A DNA stretch of 64,000 nt, taken from positions 964,032 through 1,028,031 of the forward strand of contig NW_018408878.1 in NCBI RefSeq assembly GCF_002113885.1. The letters run 5' to 3'. The notes beneath the pieces were generated by a model. It did no database searches. It saw nothing but the letters and a program-made list of their open reading frames with translations, and was not told where the DNA came from. Position 1 is the stretch's first letter. Each line of letters opens with the position of its first letter. Of this stretch, positions 50,501 through 60,875 are shown piece after piece. The translations under genes and the position numbers were made by a program. The DNA comes from Mizuhopecten yessoensis. Taxonomy: Eukaryota.

Positions 50501-53500
50501 CGAAAAGGGGATTGAGTTCTACATCATTCCGAAATGGGAGCTTCTAAAGAACCCAAAGGTACAGTAGACAGCACCTCCCAGAAAGCGTCATTTTAATTTT
50601 AGACAACAACAAAAATGTTCGGATCAACACTGTGATCAAAATATCGACATGTTCAACCGGAAGTGTATCGTATCACTAAAAGCTACACAAGCGGATACAG
50701 CAACACTCGTTACTTTTGGTTTAGATTTATTTTGTTTAACGTTCTATAAACAGCTTAGGTAATTTAAGGACGTACCTCGATGTGTGTATGTGTGCCGGAG
50801 ACAGGATATGTTGGTGTAGTTGCCTCCTTGTGATAGCGCGGATCTGATGCCAACTTTATAGTGCTATCTCACTGACATACCATGCCAAAGGCACCGTTTT
50901 AGTTGTAGACACATTCTAGTTAAAAAGCAGATCAACTTTGGTTATAGACAGGTGTTAGTTGTTGACAAATGCTAGCTTTATAGCAGGTTAACCGCAGTTA
51001 AAGACAGGTGTCAATTGTAGACTAATGGTAGCTCTAAAGCAAGTTGCTGCAGTTATAGAAATATGTTTGTGATCGTTAGTTTTTAGTTGTAGACTAATGG
51101 TAGCTATAAAACTGGTTAGCTGCAGTTATAGAAAGGTGCTAGTTGGTTGGTTGATGGGTTTATCGCCTACATGACTCCACCCATGTGAGTTTCGTCTCAC
51201 TGACGGAGGTCGGTGTTCCGTCGGCGTTTGGTGCTAGTTGTAGAAAGGTGGTATTTATATAGCAGGTTAAATAGACAGGTGTTAATTATTGACAGATGGA
51301 ACCTGTCATTCGGTTAACTGCAGTGATAGGCAGATCAATAGGTTTGACTACTGTTATAGAGTGGCGTCAGCTTCTGAAAAGACTATTGCATCTCTGACTA
51401 TAGTTGGGGAAAAGGGTGGCTACTAATTAACAATTTCTAAGAAGAATCTGACTTTAAAGAGCCTTATATAGCTTTTGTCAGATTTCCTTTGTTTTGCAAC
51501 AATTAAATATCTTGAATTTACTTAAACGACTCTACATGACTATGCTGTTTTTTCAGGTTTGGGGAGACGCTGCAACACAGATTTTCTATTCGCTAGGTCC
51601 AGCCTGGGGTGGTCTTCTCACCATGGCCAGCTACAACAAATTTAACAACAATTGTATGAGGTAACATTAAAGTTGGATTAGTTGTCTCAAAATATCAACA
51701 TTTTCTACAACAACAATAAGAATGCTTTATACACGAACCTGTTTCGCAAATAGTATTTCCTAAGCAAGTTAAGTGTTGTTCATTGGAAATATTTGTCTGG
51801 TCGTATTTGATTCAATTCCTATGTCAACATATTATTGAGCCTCTCCTAAATCGGCAACATTCTATAGTCTTTCAAATCAATATTATTTGTATTGTGCGAG
51901 ATATAATGTTTTGAAGTTAAGTTTCGACAAGGGTTTATCGTTAACTCAAAAACTTCATGATAATAAATTCAGCGAAAATGCAAGAACTATCAATAACTTT
52001 ACAAGCTTATTTTACCTTTTTGGAGCAAAACCGCGAAATTTTTGGCAAGTATTCACGATAATTTAGTGATTGACAGGATATTGGTCAAGGTTCGATCTTG
52101 ATGGTCACTCACATGTTTTACACGTGTTAACAGGGACGCCTTCATCGTGGCTTTCATCAACTGTGGGACCAGCGTGTTTGCCGGGTTCGCCATTTTCTCC
52201 TTGTTGGGATATATGTCCCATGTGACCAACGTTCCCGTAGACCAGGTGGCTGATAGCGGTGAGTATATCAATACACAGTTACTGAGGCACGGTAGTCCAG
52301 TGGTAGGACACCGGGCTTGTGACCGAAGGGTTGCGGGATCGCGCCACGACACGGCAATGTGTTGTATCTTTGAGCAAAATTCTTTACTCAGCTTGTGCCA
52401 GTATACTCAGCTGTAAATGAGTACGTGGTTGGGCAGTGCTAGAATTGTTGAATGCTAGCTGTTAGCGCAGAAATGACAGCTCCGGCTGTATGCTCCCCAG
52501 GGAGTTGGGAAAGGTATTGGCTTGTTGCACAGGCCCTATAACCACGGATAATAATTTGTATATTTTTTTTAATAAACAAAGAAATCCAAACTTCAGGAAA
52601 CTGCTTTTCGCCCCACTCCAAAACCTTGAAACAAAAACCCGCCTATTCAACACAGAATCTCGTCTAGATTCAAACGAAGTAATATTAGACCATCAGGTTA
52701 TCGAATGATTTGAAAGATGGGGAAACGAAAGACAACTCTTCGACAAAAATCAAAAGGAAAATCGAAAATAATCGCAAGGCAATGCACTCTCTAAGGGACG
52801 TTCTCAACCCGGCACGGTGGCCAAGTGGTTTAGGCGTCTGAAATTCTGTTACCACTAGCCTTCCAGCACTGGGTCGGGATTCGAGGCCTACGTGGGGCAG
52901 TCGCCAGGTACTTGCCGTTGGTCAGTGTTTTTTTCCCCGGGAACTCCGGCTTTCTTCCACCACCAAAACCTGGCACGTCCTTAAATGACCATAGTTATTA
53001 ATATGACGTAACACACAAACAACCCAAACCAAATCAACCCGCCGGTAATATTGTGTTTGTATACCAACGTTGATCAGCTTTAAAGTACATTTAACATTTG
53101 GTTTTATTTATATAATTTACCGGGCTCCTGCACTTCCCCTTCTGTTTCAACATCAAATGCATTCTGTGTTTCAGTTTAGGGTCAGTAATCCATGGAAAAG
53201 GACGAAGAGACTGTCGATATTGTTGCACACAATAAGTTGATTTTGATTTCAGATAGACCAACTCCGAGTTACAGTTTTGTTTATACCTGTGTACGGTCTC
53301 TTCTACCTTACATTGTTGTTGAAGGATGTTGTTTAACCTTTACAGGTCCCGGGTTGGCGTTCGTAGCGTACCCTGAGGGGATTGCCAAGCTACCAAGCCC
53401 TCCGATATGGGCGTTCCTCTTCTTCTTCATGTTGTTCACCCTCGGATGTGACTCACAGGTATGTATCACATGACATTCATGTATGTAGCAGGTGAGAGTC

Positions 53501-56500
53501 AGACAAGTACCACGTGATTGTCAGGTATCAACCGTTTGACAATCAGGATTTTATTACAAGACATGTACCTGTATGCCTTTTAATCATCGGTTACTTAGAA
53601 AATATAAGTTTTAACAAAATCGTTGATGATATAATTTCCCCAAATCAAATGATATTATGGAATGTAAAACAAAGAGAGAAAGAAATATGGGGGTTTATGT
53701 TGACAACTCAAAAGCATTTCCTCATTTTTTAAAGAAAAAAGATGACTGATGACTTTTGATTTAGTTATATAAGACATGAACTGCCATTGCAATAATGGAA
53801 AACATTTGTTGTAGATTATTGTAGATATTGAAAACTTTTTGAACTGTTCCGGATTAATCGAGATGAAATAAACACGAACGAAAAAAACCCTAAGATATGA
53901 TAGTATGTGGCTCTTTAGTGTGTTGTGATTCCTGTGTAAGAGGAATGAGAACACGTTTATACCCTTTGATTGCTAAGTATGCCCGTTATCTGGTCTTTTC
54001 CGCTGCTGATTGATACGGTGTTTGACCTATGTTGACAGTTTGTAATGATGGAGACCGTACTCAGCGGTATATCTGACGTCTTCCCCAAACAACTCCGTTC
54101 CAGGAAGGTGCTCTTCACGTTTGTCGGATGTATGATTGGGTTTTTACTGGGAATTCCACAGACGACCAAGGTACATATAGCCATAGCATCAGCAAACGGA
54201 CGGCATTAAGTTCCTTGTATTCTCTGCTCCACTTTATGTACTGTAAATCTGATTCGACTTATTAAGTATAAATATAAAGTTTATTTATTTTACAACAATT
54301 ATAAAACATTATAATAAAACAAAGCGTTGCTGAATCGAGTCATTTCGGTACATCTATAACAACTTCGTACGCTTCACTGGTCATTTGTCTGAAAAAAGTG
54401 ACAGAGTACATACCTTACTAGTCATCGAAACGTCACATACAAACACTTATTGACTGTGCTACATGAATCTTTTCACAATACTTACCAACCTGAAGAAAAT
54501 GTTTAGAGATATTTTTGTATATTTTCAGGGCGGTATATACTTACTCACCCTGGTCGACTGGTACTCCGGAAGTTACAACCTCATGATCGTCAGTTTATGT
54601 GAAGTTATATGCATATGCTATGTTTACGGTAATATTTTCTATATCAAATTATTAATTATATCACTAACTACTGTTTCGAATTATATAGTTCTTCATTCAA
54701 TGTTTTCAGTTTTATGTTTACTAACAGTATTTACAGTTAAATTAAAACAGTTTACATTGCAAAAATAGCGTTCTCAAGTACTTGATACAGTAACCTTAAA
54801 TTGATTTGTCACGTCAAATTGTGTTACGGAAAAGAAATACAAATTTCGTATCTGCTGTAGTGTTGCCACTAACACAAACTTCATTTAATGGTTAAATTTT
54901 ACGTAAGAAATGCCAATAAATCAACAAAAAATTATAAAAACAAAAACAAAAATATGCAGAAAATCCCGATATCGAAGTTTTAGATCATAAATACGATCAT
55001 TAGATTTGTTTTAACAGTTCAAGAATTTATAGTAAGCTAAGTATACTGGCTCTAGACAGCTATATATTGTATTGTTTTCTTTATGCTTGAATTTAAATCG
55101 TGTAAATAACCAACAATAGGAGGTGATGATAAGGTATAATTCCATAATGTTTTTTTGCAGTCAGTTCCGCATTTATGTAAATCTGTTAATTGTAACGACC
55201 CAAACATTTTTGAATTACGCGTCCAGTTCAGCAACACGTGAACTTATTACCGACAGTTTCTTTCCAGGTGTCAACCGATTCCGCAGAGACATGGAGATGA
55301 TGCTCGGGAAGACAAGTCCTATCCTTTGGGCATATTTCTATGCAACGTGGTGTTTTATAACGCCACTCGCTATTGGTGTAAGTACCTCTAACGCATATCA
55401 CGTGATTATGTGCCACAACCATCGCTTACTCCTATACGTATACATGTTTGTCACCTGGTGTTGAATTCATGCCCATCGCGATCACTTATATATATCGCGT
55501 GGTGTTGTATAACGCCTATTGCTATTAGGGTACTAGCCTCCTATATGCGTAACTTGTATTAATGAATAAGTGGAATACTAGTTTATGGTAAAATAATTTT
55601 GTTCGCGGTCCGTAATTTTTGCGGGTTTGCTAAAATGGTCGATTTCGCATGATGTGTTTTTCGCAGATTCCATGTTTAGTGGCCATCACACAATATATCA
55701 CGAAAACGACTTATTCTGTGAAAATCGCGAAAATAAGATCGTCGCAACATATATTTTAAAGTAAAAATTAAGTAGGTATTCAATATTTTATACAATTGTT
55801 TGTTTCAGTTTATCGTTCTCATGATGGCCATTAACTATTCTCCCGCTTACATGGGTGATTACACATTCCCAACATTCGCCGAGGCGCTTGGCTGGCTCAT
55901 GGCGCTGTCTCCTGTGCTGCTTATCCTCATAGGTTTTGTTGTACAGTCTATAAGGAAAGGAGGGGTAAGTTTCCATTAACACCGGTCAATCACGTTTATC
56001 AGGAAAGGAGGGGTAGTTTTCAGTGGCACCGGTCAATGAAGTTTAATAGGAAAAGAGGGCTCAGTTTTCAGTTACTGGTCAATCAAGTTTATCAGGAGGG
56101 GGCGGGTAATTTTTCAGTATCACTCGTCAATCACGTTTATCAGTAAGGGACGGATACGTTTCCAGAAACACTCGTCAATCAAGTTTATCAGTAAGGGAGG
56201 GGTACGTTTCCTGTAACACTGGTCAATCAAGTTTATCTATAAGGGAGGGGTACGTTTCCAGTAACACCTGCCAATCAAGTTGATCCGTAGGGGAGGGTTA
56301 GTTTCCAGTGACACCCGTCAATCAAAATTCTGGAAAGTCAGTCAGCTAGGAAAGAAAGAGAAACATACCAATAAGGTCGGTTGAACCTTAGCTTATTAGG
56401 AAGGCAGGGTATATTTTCTTGAAGCATCGGTTGATCCCTTTAAAAAGGGATAGCAAAGTTCTTGTAAAACACCGGTCAACCCCACCAGGAAAGGAATGGA

Positions 56501-57007
56501 ATGTAACCCAGTGGATCTGGTTGAAGTAAATATGTTCCGACATGCGTCGAGGAAGATGGAATAAAAGTTACTGCTTTTAATTTTTAATATAAAGATAACG
56601 ATGAAAATGCATCTTTAATGTGTATGAAAGTATTAATACGGGGTGATTATAGGGAGAAAAAAAAGATTGAAAATTTAAATAATGATATTTTTATAATGAT
56701 AAGTATTTGATATTTGAATCAGTAGCTTTGATATTTAAATGTACTGTGGCAGATCTTTAAGAGTTAAATTCAGTTTTCCAAAGAATGTCAAATATGTATT
56801 GTTTTGTTGTTTCAGATCCGTAATGCACTGAAGATCGAGCCCCAATGGGGCCCTGCTTTAGACGAGGACCGCACTGGGGCGTATTCTCCTCTCAGTGGAA
56901 ATTTCTCGTCAATCAATGGAGACTTTCCTACAGTCGCCTATGATAACGGCAAGGGCAACCTCAAGCTCGGCGCAGACAACATGGCTTACCGAGGGGAGAA
57001 AATGTAA
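32578..57007 (+). CDS. SLC6 family (GlyT-like): SLC6 sodium/chloride-dependent amino-acid transporter, glycine transporter (GlyT1/GlyT2)/ATB0,+-like; 15 coding exons, about 654 aa (whole-gene span)
   Basis: Exons: 32578-32592, 45198-45327, 46864-46995, 47485-47706, 48590-48749, 49607-49745, 50424-50558, 51557-51660, 52134-52258, 53346-53458, 54039-54170, 54529-54628, 55268-55377, 55809-55964, 56816-57007. Total 1965 nt, open frame, all GT-AG. Signature motifs: [63 protein letters not shown]. Confidence 0.93.
34935..35730. repeat. 21-bp minisatellite TGTGAATTGACACTTTATCTA
   Basis: Visible array with 19-21-bp variants; 7-aa periodicity in the spurious ORF. Confidence 0.95.
36280..36910. repeat. 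Purine-rich (GA) low-complexity tract
   Basis: Strong A/G bias with (GGA)n runs; ORFs in all frames are compositional. Confidence 0.85.
40926..41133. other. Assembly gap (208 N)
   Basis: Run of N. Confidence 1.
42410..42506. repeat. Two-copy tandem duplication of about 48 bp
   Basis: CACCTTGTCATTTT(T)GTACTGTACA.AGACACTGGGGAATCACTGTGA occurs twice. Confidence 0.9.
44188..44330 (+). mobile_element. Duplicated Tc1/mariner-type MITE end
   Basis: TA|CAGTAAAA(C/T)CTTGTTATACTGCCAAT occurs twice; the partner TIR was not found. Confidence 0.45.
45198..45327 (+). CDS. SLC6 exon (TM1): [43 protein letters not shown]
   Basis: Acceptor tttacag, donor G|gtgagt; SLC6 signature. Confidence 0.97.
45740..46110. 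repeat. 44-bp intronic minisatellite AATGGAGGGGGTGATAACACAAAATGTAATCACGCTCAAAACTT
   Basis: Five or more near-identical units at 45866-46097, with degenerate units upstream. Confidence 0.9.
46864..46995 (+). CDS. SLC6 exon (TM2): [43 protein letters not shown]
   Basis: Acceptor ccacag, donor G|gtaggt; phase 1-1. Confidence 0.96.
47187..47230 (+). pseudogene. 5S rRNA-derived fragment (internal promoter region, A box to C box)
   Basis: TTAGCAACGTCGAGCGTGGTCAGTAGTTGGACGGGTGACCGCC closely matches the recalled invertebrate 5S segment TTAAGCAACGTCGAGCCCGGTTAGTACTTGGATGGGTGACCGCC. The 5S 5' and 3' ends are absent. Confidence 0.75.
47485..47706 (+). CDS. SLC6 exon (TM3 and start of EL2): [20 protein letters not shown]...[15 protein letters not shown]...
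   Basis: Acceptor ttacag, donor G|gttagt; YYN motif and the conserved EL2 cysteine pair. Confidence 0.96.
48182..48281 (-). mobile_element. Degenerate solo LTR of the tRNA-containing TRIM family
   Basis: TGTAA...ACCCTCCAA...ATTGAGCTACCT...GTCCAGTTCCGCTACA matches the 23091/23343 LTRs, with internal deletions. Confidence 0.7.
48590..48749 (+). CDS. SLC6 exon (extended EL2): [52 protein letters not shown]
   Basis: Acceptor acatag, donor AA|gtaagt; ends in the conserved TPSxEFW motif. Confidence 0.9.
49607..49745 (+). CDS. SLC6 exon (TM4): [46 protein letters not shown]
   Basis: Acceptor ttacag, donor AAG|gtatgt. Confidence 0.95.
50424..50558 (+). CDS. SLC6 exon (TM5): [45 protein letters not shown]
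   Basis: Acceptor ctgtag, donor AAG|gtacag; 135 nt. Confidence 0.96.
50717..50895 (-). mobile_element. SINE family C 3' half
   Basis: Tail shared with 14555-14672; body shared with 10062-10135. Confidence 0.7.
50897..51356. repeat. Degenerate GCAGTTATAGACAGGTG...GTTGTAGAC repeat array, probably MITE subterminal repeats
   Basis: Recurrent motif with a period of about 55-60 bp, ending AGGTTTGACTACTG. Confidence 0.5.
51557..51660 (+). CDS. SLC6 exon (TM6): [34 protein letters not shown]
   Basis: Acceptor tttcag, donor AG|gtaaca; 104 nt. Confidence 0.97.
52134..52258 (+). CDS. SLC6 exon (TM7): [41 protein letters not shown]
   Basis: Acceptor taacag, donor G|gtgagt; 125 nt. Confidence 0.97.
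52284..52560 (+). mobile_element. tRNA-derived CORE-like SINE
   Basis: Head GGTAGTCCAGTGGTAGGACAC...GGGTTGCGGGATCG; CORE-like TGTATCTTTGAGCAA...CTCAGCTGTAAATGAGTAC; 3' GGCTGTATGCTCCCCAGGGAGTTG. Confidence 0.7.
52811..53033 (+). mobile_element. Full-length tRNA-derived SINE, family B
   Basis: A box GGTGGCCAAGTGG, B box GATTCGAGGCC, core CCGGGAACTCCGGCTTTC, tail CACGTCCTTAAATGAC...(CAAAC)n. Confidence 0.88.
53346..53458 (+). CDS. SLC6 exon (EL4/TM8): [37 protein letters not shown]
   Basis: Acceptor ttacag, donor CAG|gtatgt; 113 nt. Confidence 0.97.
54039..54170 (+). CDS. SLC6 exon (TM8/TM9): [44 protein letters not shown]
   Basis: Acceptor tgacag, donor AAG|gtacat. Confidence 0.95.
54529..54628 (+). 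CDS. SLC6 exon (TM10): [33 protein letters not shown]
   Basis: Acceptor tttcag, donor G|gtaata; 100 nt. Confidence 0.96.
55268..55377 (+). CDS. SLC6 exon (TM11): [36 protein letters not shown]
   Basis: Acceptor ttccag, donor GGT|gtaagt. Confidence 0.95.
55809..55964 (+). CDS. SLC6 exon (TM12): [52 protein letters not shown]
   Basis: Acceptor tttcag, donor GGG|gtaagt. Confidence 0.94.
55953..56520. repeat. 47-48-bp minisatellite starting inside the TM12 exon end and extending into the intron
   Basis: AGGAAAGGAGGGGTAAGTTTCCATTAACACCGGTCAATCACGTTTATC repeated about 8 times, then degenerate. Confidence 0.88.
56816..57007 (+). CDS. SLC6 last coding exon: [21 protein letters not shown]...[10 protein letters not shown]
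   Basis: Acceptor tttcag; WGP motif as in GlyT-type C-termini; TAA stop at 57005-57007. Confidence 0.93.
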   Translation: MRNALKIEPQWGPALDEDRTGAYSPLSGNFSSINGDFPTVAYDNGKGNLKLGADNMAYRGEKM

Positions 57008-57739
57008 CGACAGTAGGGGAACTTCGCGGAACGGTTACATGGTCACCATGGGAACATAAGTTAACCAATTACAGCAATGGTCAATACAGATCACAACATC
57101 GTGCAATATCGGACACGTGACGTTACTGAAAAGGTTTTAAATAACAATAACTCAAATAGAGCGTTTTCATTGGAAGAAAACAAGTGGTTACCATGGAGAT
57201 GGAATTATTTGGCGTTCACAACAGCGTTCATACCTAAAGTGTATAAATAACTATATTAATCAGATAAACGCGCCTTGATCTGGACCAAGAATAGTTGAGG
57301 ATTGAAGTTCATCAGATACATATTCCGCTTTGGATCTAATCAAATGTGATATGAAGCAAATGTGCACTTATTGTATAAACATTAAAAATCCTACTCATGA
57401 AATAGACAGTGACATATTGGTTACTGGCCAACAACATTATCCATTGATTTCGTTACCATCACTGGGTCTTAAAATGTTCAGCAACCCCAATATCCGGTGG
57501 TGTATTAGTGAGGTTTTTTTTAACAAAACTGTGTTATATTAATACAATTGTAAACCTAACATGTTACAAAAATTGTCCGATGACAATTATACTTAACCGT
57601 TAATAACATAATATATTGAGCATTTATATATGTTTCCTTTTGAATTGAACATTATTTGTGTTTCACAAATAGGACTTGTTTTAATCATTCAAGTCGGAAG
57701 ATAAATGGTGACTGTCTTACAGTGATAATGAAGACGGAA

Positions 57740-58480
57740 GGACAACACTGTGAAACGGAAAACACCAAAAGGAGATTACGAATGACAATACTTTGAAATA
57801 CATAAGTTCAGAAAGAGGCTACGAATGACAACACTGTGTAAAAGAAAAAACGTCAAAAAAGGGGTTACGATTGGCAGTACTGTGTGTATTGGGAAACATA
57901 AAAGAGAGGTTACAAATAGTAAACACTATGAAACGGATAACATCAAAATACTTTTGACATCGCTGTGTAAAGGAAAACTGTAAAGGAAAACATCATAGAG
58001 ATTTTATGAATGGCAATTCTGGGTGAAACGAAAAGCAACAAAAGGAAGTAGCAAATGGCAAATACTAGATTAAACGGAAAACATCAAAGGGAGATAACTA
58101 TTGGCAATATTTCAAAACGGGAAAAAAACAAAGAGAGGCTTCGAAAAATGAAAATGTGGGAAACGGAAAACATGAAACGTAGGTTACGAATAACACAAAC
58201 TGTGTGACACGAAAAAATGATTACGATTAACAACACTGTGTAAAGGAAAACATCAGAAGGAGGTTACGAATAGCAATATTGAGTGATTGTGTAAGGGACA
58301 ACGTCCAAGAGTTTACGAATGGCAATACTGTGAAATGGAAAATATCAAAAGGAAGCAATAAAGTGTGTTACAGTAAACGTCAATAAAAAGATACCACTGG
58401 TAAAATTGTGAAACGTTAACTTCAAAGAGGTTCCAAATGGCATTATAGAATACATAAAGAGGTAACGAATGACAATGACT
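57740..58480. repeat. Degenerate tandem repeat of about 43 bp in the putative 3' UTR
   Basis: Recurrent GGTTACGAATGACAACACTGTGAAACGGAAAACATCAAA motif. Confidence 0.8.
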
Positions 58481-59538
58481 TCATATGCTGTTTAACAGAA
58501 GACGTCTTCCTTAATTACAGTATAAATGAAGTTCCACTACTAATATACTATTTGCTTTATACTTATGTTTTTTTCTCCTGAAAAGGGATTTAGGTAGTTT
58601 TCTAAACTTCAAATAGAAACGGAACGATCTTGATATTACTTATCTATGCAAAATATATATTTATGATGGCAAAAAAGCAGAGTTACTTATAAAACTATTA
58701 CATTACGCTAAGCGATACTAGTATGCAAAAGTCATAGTTTATCCTGTAATTCTTTTTGTGCCATTGGTCTTCTTTTATCAGTTATGATGTAAATCTGAAA
58801 GGTTATACGTTTTGACATTCTTTATACTACAAAATGGCGGATGCACGTCCTCATATTGAGGATTTAAGGTCAAAGTTCAAAATTTTAACCAATCAAACTG
58901 ACGGAAGATATTAATCAACCGTTTGATAAATACTTATTGCTGATGATTAAAAGATTACATTGGAGTTAATGATTAGGGCATTTGTGAAGAAAATACAACA
59001 CTCAATAGATATTACTGCCGGTAGTCCATGTATTCTGAGTGCGAAAATGAAAGGGAGTCGGAACACTGGACCTCCGTTTATTATATTATACTGTCACTTA
59101 AACCTACCGATATCATCCTGAACCCGTCAAGCTATAACTAAATGTAAAACGAAATTCAAGGGAGGTTACTATACGTATGAACATTATCTCGTGTTTTGCC
59201 TGCAGCGGGAAAGGGATCCTTCAAGTATATATTTTTTTAAATATAATAATATAAAATATAAAATATAAAAGTAGTGTTTTTACTTCATACTTCATAATAT
59301 TGCATAATATGTACAATTTGTCAATTTCATTTAAGTGATCTTAGAGCTGGAGGAGGAGGGGAGAGGAAGGGGAGACCGAGTGGGAAAGAGAACTGAGAGT
59401 AGGGAGTGTGACTTTGACATGTCAAAGTGAGGCTCGTTTAGAAACATAAAACATTCCCAATGTGTATTGTAAAGTAGTTTACAGAGAAATCATTTGTTTA
59501 CAAATATATTTACATATCCAACTATTTTTTCACGTTTC

Positions 59539-59600
59539 AATAAACGTTTATTTTTGTCTCCTTTTTATATTAAATAAAAGGTATTTTCTGTAGTGTTGCG
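59539..59600 (+). terminator. Candidate polyadenylation signals of the SLC6 mRNA
   Basis: AATAAA at 59539-59544 and 59573-59578, followed by a T/GT-rich tract. Other AATAAA near 58357-58387 cannot be excluded. Confidence 0.4.
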
Positions 59601-60017
59601 TTATTCTACTTTTGTTGCCTGTATACGAATGAGAAAATGGAATCTTTACTCAGTTAGTTAATACTATTGCTTCCTAACCGTTTCTTATTTGAGAAGTTGA
59701 TTTAATGATTTGGTAACGTCCCTAGCTCACACATGGGACTGTATAAGACAAAACATTTACTCCCCACTCATCAAATTTCATAAAGATTGTTTTATAACGT
59801 ATTACGATTGTGTTTCTCTGTCGAAGTAATACAGTTACAACAATGGTCATTTAAAATACGCATGCAACCAAACTCCTTCCCCGTGTGTTTCTTGATGGAT
59901 CAATGTTCCTCTTAAGTCTACTGTCTAATATCTAATCTACATATTTGTTCATTTTCCACTAAAACATCACCACTTTAACCAGCTTCTCGCATTTACAAAA
60001 AAAAACCACCATCATAG

Positions 60018-60250
60018 GACTCCTTCATGTCAAGGCGTGGATAGGGAAATTCCTCCCGAGGGTTTTTCAAATTTGGTAAAACCCGAGGGTGGAATTTCCC
60101 TATCCTTCACCCATGAGCATGAAGGAGTATTTTTCTCTCATTCCAACAACCAGAACAAGCTCAGAAACCACGACAATTTGTTTGGACTGGCTACCATTTT
60201 GAAAATATCAATTTTCCCCCTGATAATGTTTTGACGAAAACGAATCTGCC
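60018..60250 (+). mobile_element. Fold-back element copy (same family as 17082-17310)
   Basis: Hairpin CTCCTTCATG...GGATAGGGAAATTCC...GGAATTTCCCTATCC...CATGAAGGAG, with a tail colinear with the 17.1-17.3 kb copy. Confidence 0.7.
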
Positions 60251-60769
60251 AATGAGAAGGTTAAGCATACCCCATAGTTGAATAATCATCTGTTGCATGG
60301 TTTCGTTTACCAAGTAGTATACCTGATCATCTGAAAGTACCGTGATCCGGGTAAACAAATCGGCTTTACCGGGCAAATGGAGAGCAATGGAAAGTTAATT
60401 ATCGGTAAAGCGGGATCAGCTGTCACGAGATCATTACCAGCACACGATTCCAGGAATGGAAGACATAACGAAATGACCAACAGATAGGAAGTTACGACAG
60501 AATGTAAAAGTGAAAACCTACTACAGGTTGTTCAGGCTAGGTACGTGTATTACACAGGTTATCTGAGGGCTACAGAATAGTTAGAGTATATATTTTCTAT
60601 TACGATTTACATTTGACCACACAAAAAGTTGAAATAAACTGAAAACAGCTTTCTCAAAGCGGAGAGAATCTCAGAGCGTTTCTGGACGAGAACATAGACG
60701 GACCACATCTAAAACCTTTGTACCCTGGTTTGATTAACTCCGACTTCACCAATAACCTTTGTAATCTTG

Positions 60770-60875
60770 TGGTTTGGTTAAGTTTTATATTGTTTAACGT
60801 CATATTAACAGCCAAGATAATTTAGGGACGTGCCTCCATGTACGTGGGGTATGCGTGCATGTGTGTATGTATGCT
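60770..60875 (-). mobile_element. SINE family C tail
   Basis: Reverse complement of 14570-14672. Confidence 0.6.

Noticed and set aside
45067-55982. Minus-strand ORFs overlapping SLC6 exons (for example 45067-45426, 48556-48861, 52053-52352)
   Set aside because: Antisense shadows of GC-richer coding exons with no recognisable motifs.
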